64,000 bases of DNA from Blastocystis sp. Blastoise (lineage: Eukaryota > Protista > Bigyra: Opalinata), in NCBI GenBank assembly GCA_039096225.1, contig JBBPEB010000024.1:558001-622000 (forward strand). Direction: 5' to 3'. The position numbers and the translations under genes are program-made. Under the pieces are notes generated by a model, which searched no databases, was not told where the DNA came from, and was given only the letters and a program-made list of their open reading frames with translations. This document shows positions 18,950 through 33,410 of this stretch, piece after piece. Position 1 is the first letter of the stretch, and every line of letters starts with the position of its first letter.

Positions 18950-20839
18950 TTATATTTATATTTATCTTTATGATTCTAAATATAATTATTTATCTTTATT
19001 TATATTTTATATAGATGATTGGATATATTATTTTCCGCATTTGAATAAATTATTAAAGAAAGATCTTATTGTATTTCATAATCTTTCAAGTATGAAATAA
19101 TGTTTTTTATTCTTTTATGAATTATTTTATATATTTTATATTATATATAAATTTTTTCTATAAAGTTGATTTATCTCATTCTGAAAATATCAAAAAATTA
19201 GATTCTATTGAAAATTATAAACAAAATATTGATTGTTTGGATATAAAATTTATAGGTATTTTTTAATAAATATATTAATATATATTGTTGTTATATAATA
19301 ATAATTATTATTATTATTCATTTATAGAAGATGATCCATATGAAATTGATAAAAGAAATTCATTAGAAAGATTCTTGAAGAGTAATGTATTACAGCATTT
19401 GAATGATTTAATTATTTCGTGTATATTATTTATTGATATATATATATTGTTTTATGAATAATATCTATAGTTCATGATAATATTAGTATAGAATATTTAA
19501 CATGGATATCAACTCTTTTTAATGACAATAAGTTTAATAATATTCATGAATTAACAATTAATTGTATATTATATTATAAATTATATGAATATATATATAG
19601 TATATTCTATCCCAAAAGCTTCATCATCTGAGTATTTAACTGCATATGAAAATATATTAGAGAAAATAATTCCTAAGTCTTTTATTGTTAATATAGAAGG
19701 TAATTATTTATATAATTAATAATTATTTATTTAATTAATCTTAATTGACATATTATTATTAGGTTGTACTATGTCTTTTATAAATCGATTAATTCCTAAA
19801 GGCTGTTTCCATAATACAACTCAATTAATTCTAGGCATATATATATTAAATGAATATAATGTTTTAATATTAGTATACGATATATTACATCCTATTTTTT
19901 TTATGAATATTTATTTAGAAATTAAAGATATGCCAGATGATGACTTTTGCAAATTATATACTACAAATAATTTCCCTCAATTAAAATACATCAAGATTTG
20001 TATATCTATTAATAATAATAATATTTTGTATTATAAATCATGTATATTTATATATACATATTTCTTTTATATAATAATTTTTTTATTATTAAATATATGT
20101 ATATATAGATAAAGATGGTATCAATTGGTGGAGTTCTTTTATGGAAACATTTTGTAGATATATTAATAAAAATAATTTTCCATCCTCAAGTATTGTTCGA
20201 TTAACTGGTATGTTAATAATAATATTGATTCTATTTATATTCATTATTATTGTTATTCTATAGAATGGAATTTTTCTGTTGGTGATGATTGTTTTAATGA
20301 TGATTCTAATGATGCTTTTGATAATGATTATGTTTATGACCCAGATTATTCTATATTTCGATGTAAATATGATAGTCATTCATGTATGAATACAATTATT
20401 GGTACAAAAGGTATATATATATATATATAACATATTATGTATATATAACTAGCCTATTATAAAATTATGGATATAAAGATGAATATATATGAAATAGAAA
20501 CATTATTTGAATGTATAAATCATAATAAAACTCAAAATATAAAAAGCTTAAAATTACGTATATTAATGTTCAAATTGTTTTATATAATATATTCGTTCTT
20601 ATAGGTATTTATTCTCAAACACAATTATCAAATCTTATTAAATTTATTACTAAAGGAAAATTCCCTAAATTGAAAGAACTGATTTTATTTTATGGTATAT
20701 ATATAGTTATTTATTATTAATATAATATATAGGTTGTCGTATTTCATATGAGCAAATTCATATATACAAACAACAATTAGATAAATATACACATATTCAC
20801 AAAAATCTTGTGGATTATCAACTTATAGAAGAAAAATAA
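16918..20839 (+). CDS. Multi-exon BTB/POZ-LRR-like family 1, copy 3
   Basis: MSTSDFQLTEEK..LFTFQDETKLWIS; exon-for-exon colinear with copy 2; TAA at 20837-20839. First intron acceptor is atypical. Confidence 0.75.
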
Positions 20840-21590
20840 ATTTTTTTTGCATATATTTTTTTTATTCTTTATACTTTTTTATTTAGTTAGTAATTTTTTA
20901 TCTATTTTAATTATTTTTTCATGTTTTTATTAATTATATACATAAATAAAAATATTTCTTTTTTTAAATGGTTGTAGCTAATTATAACATAAATAATAGT
21001 AACAAGCATTCATTATAAATTTTATAAAGAAAAACTGTGATTATTATGAATTCATCATTATATTATTTTTATTAATTATTCAGATAAGAATAGAAGATGA
21101 ATGTTTCTACAAAAATACTATTATTACTAGTTATATCCTAAATATAGATAACTATAATTTTATATAATAAATATTCTTATATAACATTAAAGAAAAATTA
21201 TCATTTCTGAAATCTATTTGTCTAATACATTGACAGAATTGATAAGTTATACTTTTATAGAGTTTTTTTAATATATTTTTTGTTTAATATAAATACAAAC
21301 ATTCCTATTTTTATACAGTTTCACAACAAGTGTCAAAAGAAAATATGAGATTTATATAGTCTATAAATTATTTACTATATTTCTCATATTTCTTATAAAT
21401 AATAGTTTTATTTATAATTTAATAAAAATAGTAGTCAAAGTATATATTTATATGAAACATAAATCTAAATAGCAAATATTCATTTTTTAATATAATTAAA
21501 ATAGTACATATATATAAATCATTAGTGATTTAATTCTTATACTATTATTTGACAATAAATAATTTTTAATACTAATATTAATTAAGTTTC

Positions 21591-21627
<37 letters not shown>

Positions 21628-22416
21628 ATTACTATATTACTATAACACTGGTATAAATAAATTTTATATAATCGTATTAATATCTTATTGAATACACTAT
21701 AAATAAAAGCTGGTATTCATTAAATATATAGAGATACAAAATAGCGAATAATTATAATTATGATTAGTAGAAGATATTTTAATAAAATATTTTTTTAAAT
21801 ATAAAGAATGAAATAGTATAGAATAGAAATAAAAGTGGAAGAATAAGAAGGAAATATAAATAAATAAATTCTTTATCAAGAAACTATAGAAAACATTCTA
21901 TTCGATGAATAGAGATATATATAGCAAATATAATATATAAATAATAAATAATTTGTTAAGTATATTAATAAAATGGAAATAATTACAAGAAAAACATAAT
22001 AATTATATTCAATAGAAATAATTATTATCAAATATGAACTTATAAATACCATAGAAATAAAATAAAGTATATATGTAATAAAATAAGAAGATTATAAATC
22101 AAATTGTATGTGAAGTATGTGATATAAAAAAATAAAAATAGCATCTTACTTATAAGGTCTTATACATTTAAAATACATGTCAAATAAGCTATTTAGAGTA
22201 ATCAATGATATGAAGATCCACAATGAGTTATCTCTTCTAAGGAATTTATAGGATATCTTTGTAAATAACGCTTATTAATAAGCATTTGAAATAATAGTAA
22301 CAATGATAAATGAATAATAAGGGAATAATTAGAAATTAAGTAATTTTTAAAAATAATCAAGATTTTTTTTTCAATTTATAATATTTTTGCTTATTTCATT
22401 TCTTATATAATAGAAA

Positions 22417-24011
22417 ATGGTAAAATAAAATGTAGAATTTGATGCTAGTAAGATTAGTGATATTTAGAAGGATGTAATTTATTTTAAAATACTGATTAGT
22501 GATTTGATATGTATTTTGAACAAGCCAATAAATGATTATATTTATTATATTGAGTCTTAAATGTATTAATGAATTGATTAATAGGAAATTATCAATAAAT
22601 GAATGATGAGAATGGTGATGATCCAAATATAATTATCAAGAAATCTTCATATGTTCATCAATATGATATTAATATCGATAATAATGATAGTAAAATTGAT
22701 TATATTTGATTTACAAACATTAATCTACTTTCTTTTCTTCTTAAAAGAATCACAAATCGTTTATTAGGTAGTTATTTATATGAATAATCTGGAAAGAATG
22801 AAGAACTGTTGATAGAAATATTTATTTAGATTATCCTTATAATAAAACACCTTTTCCTTTATTGACTGATTTATTCTTTGATTAAGAGAATGATATATTT
22901 ATAATTCTTCATATGAAGAACAACTAGAATTATTTGAATTTTATTATTTATCTCTTTCTGAAGAATTAATGAAAATTTATTATCGAAAAAATAATAGTGT
23001 GAAACAATTTGAAGAATATTATGATTCTATTTTTTATATAAATGATAAGAAAAGATGGACTATAAAGTAGTTATTTAAAGAATAAGTTATGAAATAAAAG
23101 ATCTAATAAGTATGTATAAGATTATTATGAGAATAGTTATATTTATGAAGACGAAATAACAATTGATTAATTAAATATATGAATTCATTACATGATTTAT
23201 ATGTATATCTCTTATAATCATACTTGAAAAGTAGATGGAAATTAAGAAGAAACTGAAATCTATTATTTATTTGGTAATCAAAGAATTGAAACTATTAAGC
23301 ATGGATAGACTATTAATATATCATGTTCATGCTTATATATAGTCTATAACACTATAAATAATCCTATATAAACTTGTTTTTGTGAAGAAAAGAAATAGAT
23401 TTATTATTTAGGTATATATTATTATTATTATTATTATTATATATAGAGCAAGTGAGCATAATTATTCTGCAAGTGAATTCCATAGATATCGTGATAATAA
23501 ACGAGAAACATTAACAGCAATTAAACGTATAGGTTATAATAATCATATGAATATATTTGGAGGATATACAAATCAAGAATTGATATAAATCAATTTGTAC
23601 ATACATATCCTTATATTATTAATGTTTTAATAATGACAATTATATTATTAATGTTTTATATAATGAATATTAGACTATGAATATTTATATCTATATACAC
23701 CTTATAACTATTATTCTAATGAATTTCTATATATATTAAATAATAAACATAATATTTCTTTTATTCACTAAAAATATATATTAATAATCGTTGTTATTCA
23801 AATACTTTTTTGGTTAATTTTTTTTTTAAAGATAATAAATATATTCATATATCAGGTCACTGTCATTTAAAAAAGAATAATTTTGTTTTTTAAACAAACA
23901 ATTTATATTAAAAAAAATCAGTCAGAAAAAGTTGCTATTTATAAATATTAATATTATAAATTCAGATATCTTTTTTATTATAAAAAAAAAGTTTTAGGAA
24001 GAGATGAATAA
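22417..24011 (+). pseudogene. Decayed BTB-TLDc gene
   Basis: DNA-level similarity to copy A throughout (gtagaatttgatgctagtaagatt; ttattatttag|gt..ag|agcaagtgagcat; atatttggaggatatacaaatcaa) with many stops and frameshifts. Confidence 0.85.
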
Positions 24012-24494
24012 AATTGATACTTTTATAATACTATAGAACTAATATATAATAATGCTTGGTATATAAATTTTTTTTATAATATTTTAGATACATAGAATTT
24101 ATTAAAAGGTGGATTTATTTTAATTATTGCTTTTATTATATATATAGAGCCACTTTTTTAAAATCATTGAATACTCTTTAACGCATTAAATTATATAACA
24201 CTAGAATAGTATATATAGTAAGAAGTATTTAATAAAAAAAAATGTTATTTTTATACTATATATTTTAATACTACGTTCTCTAATATTTAGAAATTAACTA
24301 AAAACAAAACAAAATAAGTAAAAAGTGATTATTAGAAATATATAAAAATAATCAACGATAGTTTTAAACAAAAAATAATATATATATTATAATTTATATA
24401 TATAAAAATATAAAAATAATATATATAAGAGAATAGAATATAATAATGAAAACAAAAAACAATAATATAAAAAAATAATAATTATATATATATA

Positions 24495-26204
24495 TTACTG
24501 TACACAATATGTAGTAAAATGATAATTTGTAACTTTATGAACATAAAAATATTTTGATTCTGCAATATGGTCTACTTTTTGAGCAATTGAATAATCATTA
24601 CCTTTAGGAAGATTCTTTGCATATAATGGAATATTTGCTAATAATGATAAATATCCTAAAAACACATCATCAGTATGTACTATACATTGTAAATAAGGGA
24701 ATACGTGAACGTGTCTTCTAACTACATTTTTCGACATAATAATAAAAGGACCATCAAAAAATGGTGTTGGACTTGGTATACAATATTGAGGAGTAGCATG
24801 TTTAGAATATAATACATTATCAGAATAAGCAATACGTCGAATGCCTGTCATAAACCAACCTGGCTCCATTCCTTTTAATAATTCACTTATTTTCTTCATA
24901 TTAAAACAAGTATCATCATCCATTATACCTATAAAATCAACAGTAGTTTTAGAATATACAATTAAATCTTCAATCATCATCACTTTTAATGTATTATTTC
25001 CATAGGTATCTAATATATTCATTACAATTAAATCATTCTTTTCTTTTTGTTCTTTATATATATTTTCTTGTAATTCTTTATCATCATTCATACCGACTAG
25101 GAAATAGAGTTTAAATGGAAATTCATTAAATACTGTATTATTCTTATAAGCATTACGTATATTATTTCTTCTTTCATAATTATATACATTATTCTTTATA
25201 AAAATAACAATTTTATAAGGATCAAATAAATCATTCAATTCTTTATAATTAGGTAATGAAAAGAATGTAAACCTTAAACCAACAGGATATATATCAACAA
25301 CTGAAGAAAAAGCTTCTTTATGATTATTATTTGGTTCAGGATATTCATAAGGTGTTTGATAATAATATTTAATTGTAGTACCATTATGATAATATTGTAC
25401 AGGATTATAAGGATGATATATTGTTTGAAAACAAGGAATTTTTTTTAACTTCAGGAAGAATAACAGAAATTTGACCATAAATTGTATTATTGTCTACAAA
25501 ATAGGGTGTTAAATCTCTTTGTACATCTAATGACATAGATTTAATAATTCTGCGCTGTCTATAATCATAAATATGGCTCTTTTTGAAATTACTAAAGTAT
25601 CTATTAATAAAAGGAGCAGCATTGACTTCACGATTTTCATCATTTGCAAACCAATCACCATAGAGGCTTCTTTCTTCTAATTTACTGTTAAGTACTTTTG
25701 CTACATCTTTATTAATATCTATGAAATCTAATTCTTCTACATTATCACGAATAATTTTTGGATCTTCTAAGTCACTAACATTAAGATGATCCCACATTTC
25801 TGGTCTACGAATATAAGGAGATAATCTAGATAACAACGATTCATAAGGAGCTTTTCTACCATAACGTAACACCGCGTTCGCAATCTCTTCTTTTTGCTTC
25901 ATACTAGGATCAACAACTAGTGGCTGGCTAACACTATCATCAGTATGGATATACACATCTTTAGAAGAATTTTCTATTTCTAAAGATTATAAATAATAAT
26001 GTATATATAAAACAAAAGATAAACACAAAAATACATACCCGCTACCTTTTGTTCAGCTTCATTATTGTTATCATAGATAGCAACAAGTTGAAATAGTTCA
26101 TTAAGATTATGTGCTTGGAAATATTGATTGTCAATACTTGATAAAAAGAAATAAGTAATCAAAGCACTTACTCCCAATGTAATTACATAAGAAAGAATCT
26201 GCAT
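24495..26204 (-). CDS. Type II membrane glycosyltransferase, GT31 (beta-1,3-galactosyltransferase-like); frame break near 25440
   Basis: N-terminal TM; RRNNIRNAY, LYFLVG, EQKEKNDLI, DTYGNNTLKV, DDD motif (IMDDDTCFN), DDVFLG; GT-AG intron about 25979-26038. Confidence 0.8.
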
Positions 26205-27188
26205 TATGTGATTCTGAATCAAAGAAATCAAATATATATATATTTTCTTTTTTAAGCAAAAAAAGTTTACGTCAGAAAGAAATTAAAAAATATCATGAAA
26301 CAAATATTCATGATTATTCAGTATTTCTAAGGGAAAAAAGCATTAATTAACTGAATGCTCGCCTAAGAGGGGTATTCTTTCATTAAAGACGTATCAACCA
26401 TATAATTGGATAAAGTTAGTACATTAACCAATGAATTGATAGTTGTCTTAAAAAGGAATAAAAAATATTTTTCAGCAAATTCAAATTCTTATCCACTAAT
26501 AATAAAATCTACATAATATTATAGAATTATTGTGCATTCTTTGTTAGCTGGGGTTCCTTTTGATATATATAAATAGGATTTGGCAATATAAAACTATAGC
26601 AAAGTTTTTTTTAAGTAGTCATGAGGGAACTTTTATGTTGTTCTTTATATTTAATTAGTTATTTGTCCGTGTATGACCTTGTCCTATGCTTTTAAACAAG
26701 AGTACACTATTGTATTAGTAGATTTCGGGTATGACTCGTGACAAGACTTTTGGAATAGCCAACTTGTGCAGTAGAGACGTGATTATCATGTGTATTCGAT
26801 TATGGCTTAATTAAATATTTTGTTTTAATGTAATTATTACACTAGCAAATGGGACTTGAAGTAAAACAAACTAAAAACTGTAAAGAAAATAATAAATAAT
26901 ATTAAAAATAGTATTTTAAGTAGTAAAGAAATAATAGCAATTTACAAAAAAGAAGAAAACAAATAACATATCTATGATTAGCAGCAATAAAAATGAAAAA
27001 AATGTGTATAAATATAATTTTTTTAATGAAAATAATAATAGAATACTATTAAAAAATAATACGGGATATATACATATAACATATAGAAAAATATTAAAAA
27101 ACATACATATATATTTTAAATGAAATTATATATACATATACAAGAAAAACTGAAATAATTTTTAAAAAATAAATAAATAAATATGTAT

Positions 27189-27774
27189 CTATAATTTATA
27201 ATAAATATTATTATAATATTTTTTGGGGTGATACTTCTTTTTATATTTTAAATATAAATATATACATACAATACATATAAATAAACAAATACAGCAAATA
27301 AGAATAATTATAAGTAAATTAATAGGATAATATCCATGAATAATATGAATAGAATTTGGGTTGATGAAAATATCTGAAATAGAATTCAGATTAATATTGA
27401 ATGAACTAATACATAATTGTAATAATAAGTTATTATTATTGTTATTATTAATATTTAATAATGTTTTCAAATACTCTAAAAATAAATCCTTTTCATGTTC
27501 TTTTAGAGTAAAATATATAGGTAATTGTGTTACGTAGCTGTTCGATAATGAGGGATCTAGTAATACTATTTCAATTGTAGGAAATACTGGTATTAATTGA
27601 GAATAAAAAATAAACCATAAATCATATTTTGTTTGTATATAATTAATTTGATTTGGGTATATATTTTCAAAGAAAAAGAGTATATATATAGTAATAGAAT
27701 GAAAATCTAAAAAGAAAGAATTCAATTGTAATGAACAACTTTTATCTAATATATATGTAGAATATTTATATATT

Positions 27775-27811
<37 letters not shown>

Positions 27812-28643
27812 CATTATAAAAAATATTATTATTATTTGATATATTATTATAAACATTATTATTATTATTTGATATATTATTATCATTATTATTATTATTA
27901 GGAATACAATAACGTCGTTGAATTCCAAAATAAGGAAGATCACACGTGATATAGGAATAGTATTCCGGAATAGAAGCTTGCCATTTATTATTTTCATAAC
28001 AATAATCTTTATATATTGATAGATAAATAGTAGTAGTAATTGTTTGATTATTGCCAATTCCCGTGATTATATATGAATGGCTGTTAACTTCTAATGGTAT
28101 TCCTGAAATTTCCGCGGTTATGGGGTTAAATTGAAGTCCTTTAGGAAGTGATGGAGATATAGTAAAAGAAGTAATAATAATTGTATATATAGAAATATCT
28201 ATATAGCTAATAAAAGGTTGCGAAATAACTAAAGGTAGATTAATATAACCTCTATAAGAAGAAGAAGAATAAATAATTCTCGATTCCCGCGGAAAACAAT
28301 GATTTATAGTAGTACCCCATTGTGGAGGATTTGTAGATAAACACGGTTTTTCTATATATCCCTCATAATATATCGAATCAGAACATTTGTGTTTCGCAAC
28401 AGTATTCCACTCTGTTGTTTCCCATTCATCAATTGATTGACAATACATTGTTTGTATTTCAATAGATATATATATATAATGAATAGTAAATTGATGATAA
28501 TAAGATAATGTATATGATATATTTTTTTGAATATATAATGGAATACCAGCTATAGTACCATTTGTATATAGATATAAACCTTGAGGAAGAGATGGAGATA
28601 TAGAAAGAAGAGGAAGAGAAGAAATAAGAGGATTATTATTATG

Positions 28644-28681
<38 letters not shown>

Positions 28682-29134
28682 ATATAAAAGACGAAGAAAA
28701 TGAATTTATTTCATTATATATGGATTTATATAAAATATAAGATGTTTTATTATAAGAAAAAAAAGATGAAACATTAGAAATACAATTATTTTCTATTAAT
28801 ATATATTCATTATTTCTACATAAATACACTTGTTCTCCTGAATAATGTAATGGACAAGATATAACTCGTTTTGTATTATTTAATGCTTTTCCTATAAGAG
28901 AATCATCACATTCATTTGTATGTTTTGTTATATAAAATGAGATTTCAGCAATTGTTATATTACAAAGAAAAGAAGGATCTTTTTGTTCATAAAGAACAGT
29001 AGGTGTTTTCATTGTAGTTTTTATAGTATTTCTTATTAAAAGAGTTAAATAAGAAGTATTATTATTAATCATATTATTATTATTATTATGTTTATTATTA
29101 TTATTATCTTCATCATCATACTTTTTATTAATTA

Positions 29135-29203
<69 letters not shown>

Positions 29204-31767
29204 CATATTGTGCATACCAAAGTGAATCTCTTGATTCACATCGATCTTTAAATTCAATATCATTAAATGGTTTTGAATCACATTGTGTCAATTCTATCTT
29301 ATAATAACGATAACATTCTTCATTATAAAAATCCATAATAACAGTTTCATAATAAGATGACCAATCATATCGTTCCATTATATGTAATACAGTCCATGAA
29401 ATTAAATCATTGGACGATTCTAATTGCCATCCAGTAGGAAAACAAAGATTACATAAAGAACCAATAGAAATACGATATTGAGTAATATACTCACAAATAA
29501 AACCAGGAAATGAAAATAATATTTGTGTTCCTGCACATTGAGGACCAAGCATTTCATTGGTTGTCATGTCATCATCCAATAATTTAGTATTTTTTATAGT
29601 TGTAAAATCTGTTTTATTTGTAGTATTAAATGAATTATAATAAACATATACTACCGGAAGAGGAGTTTTCTTTATCGAATTCGGTTGAAAATTAAATAAA
29701 ACAGAAAAATTAGAAACTTCAGAAATTATACTATCTGATATATTATTATATTTATTATACTCATTATTATTATACTTATTACTATTATTATTATTATATT
29801 TATTATTAGATTTATTATTATTATATTTATTATTATTATATTTATTATTATATTTATTATCTTCTTCTTCTTCTAAAAATTCTATCTTATTATATTGATG
29901 TAATTCAATAGCCAATAGAATTGTTTCATTTATATTATTTATAATATCAATATCTTCATCTGTTATATAATCTGTTATAATAAAAGATCCACCATAGATT
30001 TGTGTTTCCATATAATTAACGGATGCCGAAACACTATTATTCACATCTCCACTAGGTAAATTCCCACGAATAATTTCTTTTCCATTTATATATACAATTA
30101 TACCTACTTTCGTTTCTATAGATATAAAAAAAGTATAGTATTTTGCATATAAAAAAGCAGGAGGAGTAATAGAAAATCGATAATATGTAGTATTTATGCT
30201 TGGAATAGTATTCATTAGTGTTTCATAAGACTGCCATGACGCATCTGGAACATAATCTTGTTTATTCCACAATGATGAAATACTATTCCATAAAGATGTT
30301 ACAAGCCAATGAAATGCTTGGGATTGAATAATATCTCCAAAAACGATATAATCATATTTTAATAATTCATTTTGTACTAATGTACTTTGATAATATATAT
30401 ATCCATTATTATCATATATTGTTAAATAATTATCATACCAATATTCATCATTTATAGTATATAATTGTATTACATATATCGAATAAGGTATACATAAAGA
30501 ATAATAATTAATATAATCAGGTAAAAATTGCGTTTGATTTATATAAATCTTTCCAGTATCATAAGAATAGAACAAATAACCAAGGGACTCTATAAATTCA
30601 TTTGTACGGAGAGCAAACGTCAATAAATGATTGGGTAAATGACATTCTTGAACTGAATATTGAATAGAACACGTGACAGGTGTATGATTGTAATAAGAAT
30701 AAGCAGTAAATAATAATGGTTGATATACAACTGGAAAATTATATATAGAATATATATTTCCTGTATTTGTATCAATAGAATAAGAAGAAGAAATAGATAA
30801 TGTATAATTATAATAAAATAATGATGATGTTAAAAACGTATTAAAAGGTACATATATATAATTATAAGAAGGATTTGGAAACATTTGAAAAGGAGGGATT
30901 TCAGAAAAATTTGTATTTTCTGAAAGTAGCTGAATTTCACTGAATCCCCACGAAATTGGTTTCATTTCCATATTTCGAACAGTTTGAATATATATAATAT
31001 ATATAGGACAATAATAAATAGTATTTATAAAAGAAAAACATTTTTTTTCTTTATTTGTATTAAAATGAATCGATGTATAATCAATAATATCAACATTTTT
31101 CATTCCAAATAAATTACAAATAATTTTTATAGACACAGGGTCATAATCACGACTTTTAGAATTACTTATAAGACATATTTTATTAAAATAATCACGGTAA
31201 TATGTATCAAATGAAAATGAAATAGAGCTATGATCTGAATATATAAATGAATTTATACAATCTGTATCTACAGAATAATCTTTTAAATTTTCTAAATTAT
31301 TCGAATGTCCAAAATGACTTATAGATAAATGTTCATTATTTGGTATTATATTAGATACAGTAGAAAATGTTAAATAACCACGGAAATCAACATCTTCAAA
31401 ATGAGTAATGGTTGGATATATATAATAAAGAATTGCAATAGTATTATTTCCAGGAGTAAATGGAGTTATTGTAGTAGTTATTCGTTTCCAAACACGTTCT
31501 GTTTCAGTTCCTTTAATAATAGTAGAATTATTTGGATTATCAGTTTCAATATTATATAAAGATACTAATATATTATTTACATAAATAACAATACCTCCAT
31601 AGAAATATAAATAAAATATAGAAGATTGATATAAAGATAAAGAAGGAATATTAATAATAGTTTTAAACATGAATTTATTAGAAGTAACAAGAGGAGACTC
31701 TTTGAAATAACCGCGATTATTCCGGAGTTTTGGGAAATAAGTTGAAAGATGGAAGTTATTATTATTT

Positions 31768-31838
<71 letters not shown>

Positions 31839-31843
31839 TGTTA

Positions 31844-31899
<56 letters not shown>

Positions 31900-33378
31900 T
31901 CAAATAATTGCTCTTTTTTATAACTATAAGAATAAGGACTAAATAATGAATCCGCGGGAGAAGGTGTATTTGTCCAAGAATTCGGAATATTCCCTTGGAA
32001 ATATAACCATACAGTAGTTGTAGGAGTAATATATGCATTTATATCTAATACATATTCATGATGTTTTTCATTATTTAAAAAAAATGTTTGAAAATATAAT
32101 AATCGATTTAAAAGATTTACATATACAATTAATACAGCACCTATATCCCAACCATTATTATTATCTGATGTTAAATGAAGCTTATAATAATCGCGGGGAA
32201 TACATATAAGATATTGCATATGATAATAGGGTAATATATAAGAAGATTCTAATATTAACGTATCATCCATTTTTGTTAATTTAAAATATTCATATATACT
32301 ATTATCTTTACTAAGTTTTGTAAATTTTAAACCAATATTATCATCATCACAATCTAGAATGATATTAATATATAGATATAAAAAGAGTATAGAAAGAAAT
32401 TTTTTATTTTATTATAAATATAAAAATAGAAATAGAAATAGAAATATTTATTTTTATATAAGTATGTAGATAATAATAAATTTTGAATAACAGTATACAA
32501 AAATAAATAGTTTCAATTATATTAAAATTAAAAATAAAAAAAAAATTGCAATACATAAATTTATGAAATAAAAAAAGAATAATATATATAGAAGAGAAAT
32601 AATATACATATAGAGAAAGAATACTTAATATTTATAAAATAAATAAACAAAAATATGAATAATCTATATATATAGAATAATAATATTAAAAACATTTTAA
32701 AAACATTTTAAAAAACAATAATAATATTATATATATACCATCAATAATAATAGTAACTGAAAAACTACTTTTAAAATTTGTATATATTCTGGAAGTAGCA
32801 GTAATAATAAAAGTAGTATTTATAATACCATACATAGTAGGATATATATAAATTTCACCTGTATTTTTCTTTATATTATGATTATGAGGAAGAGAAGGAG
32901 TAATTGTGAAGTTCGTAAATCCCGCGGTTATTGGATAAAACCAGAAAGCATCGCCATGAATATATATAGAGAGAGAAGAAGAACTATATCGAAGAGAATT
33001 ATCTGAAAAATAATCACGGGAATTCTGAAAGTATAATTGAGAGATTACTAATGTTTTTGTATTTGATGATTGATCTATATATATATATATATTAATTCTT
33101 AACGAAAATTAGATATTTATAAATAGTCATATATATATATATATTAAAATATACCAATAATAAATTTAATAGATTTAAAATGTATAGTATATTCTAATAA
33201 ATGAAATGTATGGGATTCACGTAGAGAAACATATTCCAGACTTCGTTCATCCAATAGGATTTCTTGATCATTTGTATATCCATAAATTGTCCAATGAATT
33301 GGCGTCGCATATAAATAATCTTTTGATGCTACCATTGTATAACTATTTATAAAGTGTTGCCTATATATATATATTATT

Positions 33379-33410
<32 letters not shown>

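Noticed and set aside
20411-20470. Apparent GG acceptor in family-1 copy 3
   Set aside because: An upstream AG (ctag|cctat) gives an in-frame splice, so no non-canonical site is needed
26835-26865. RNase MRP/P-like terminal motif (aaatgggacttg)
   Set aside because: No matching CR-I partner found upstream; cannot be supported by eye
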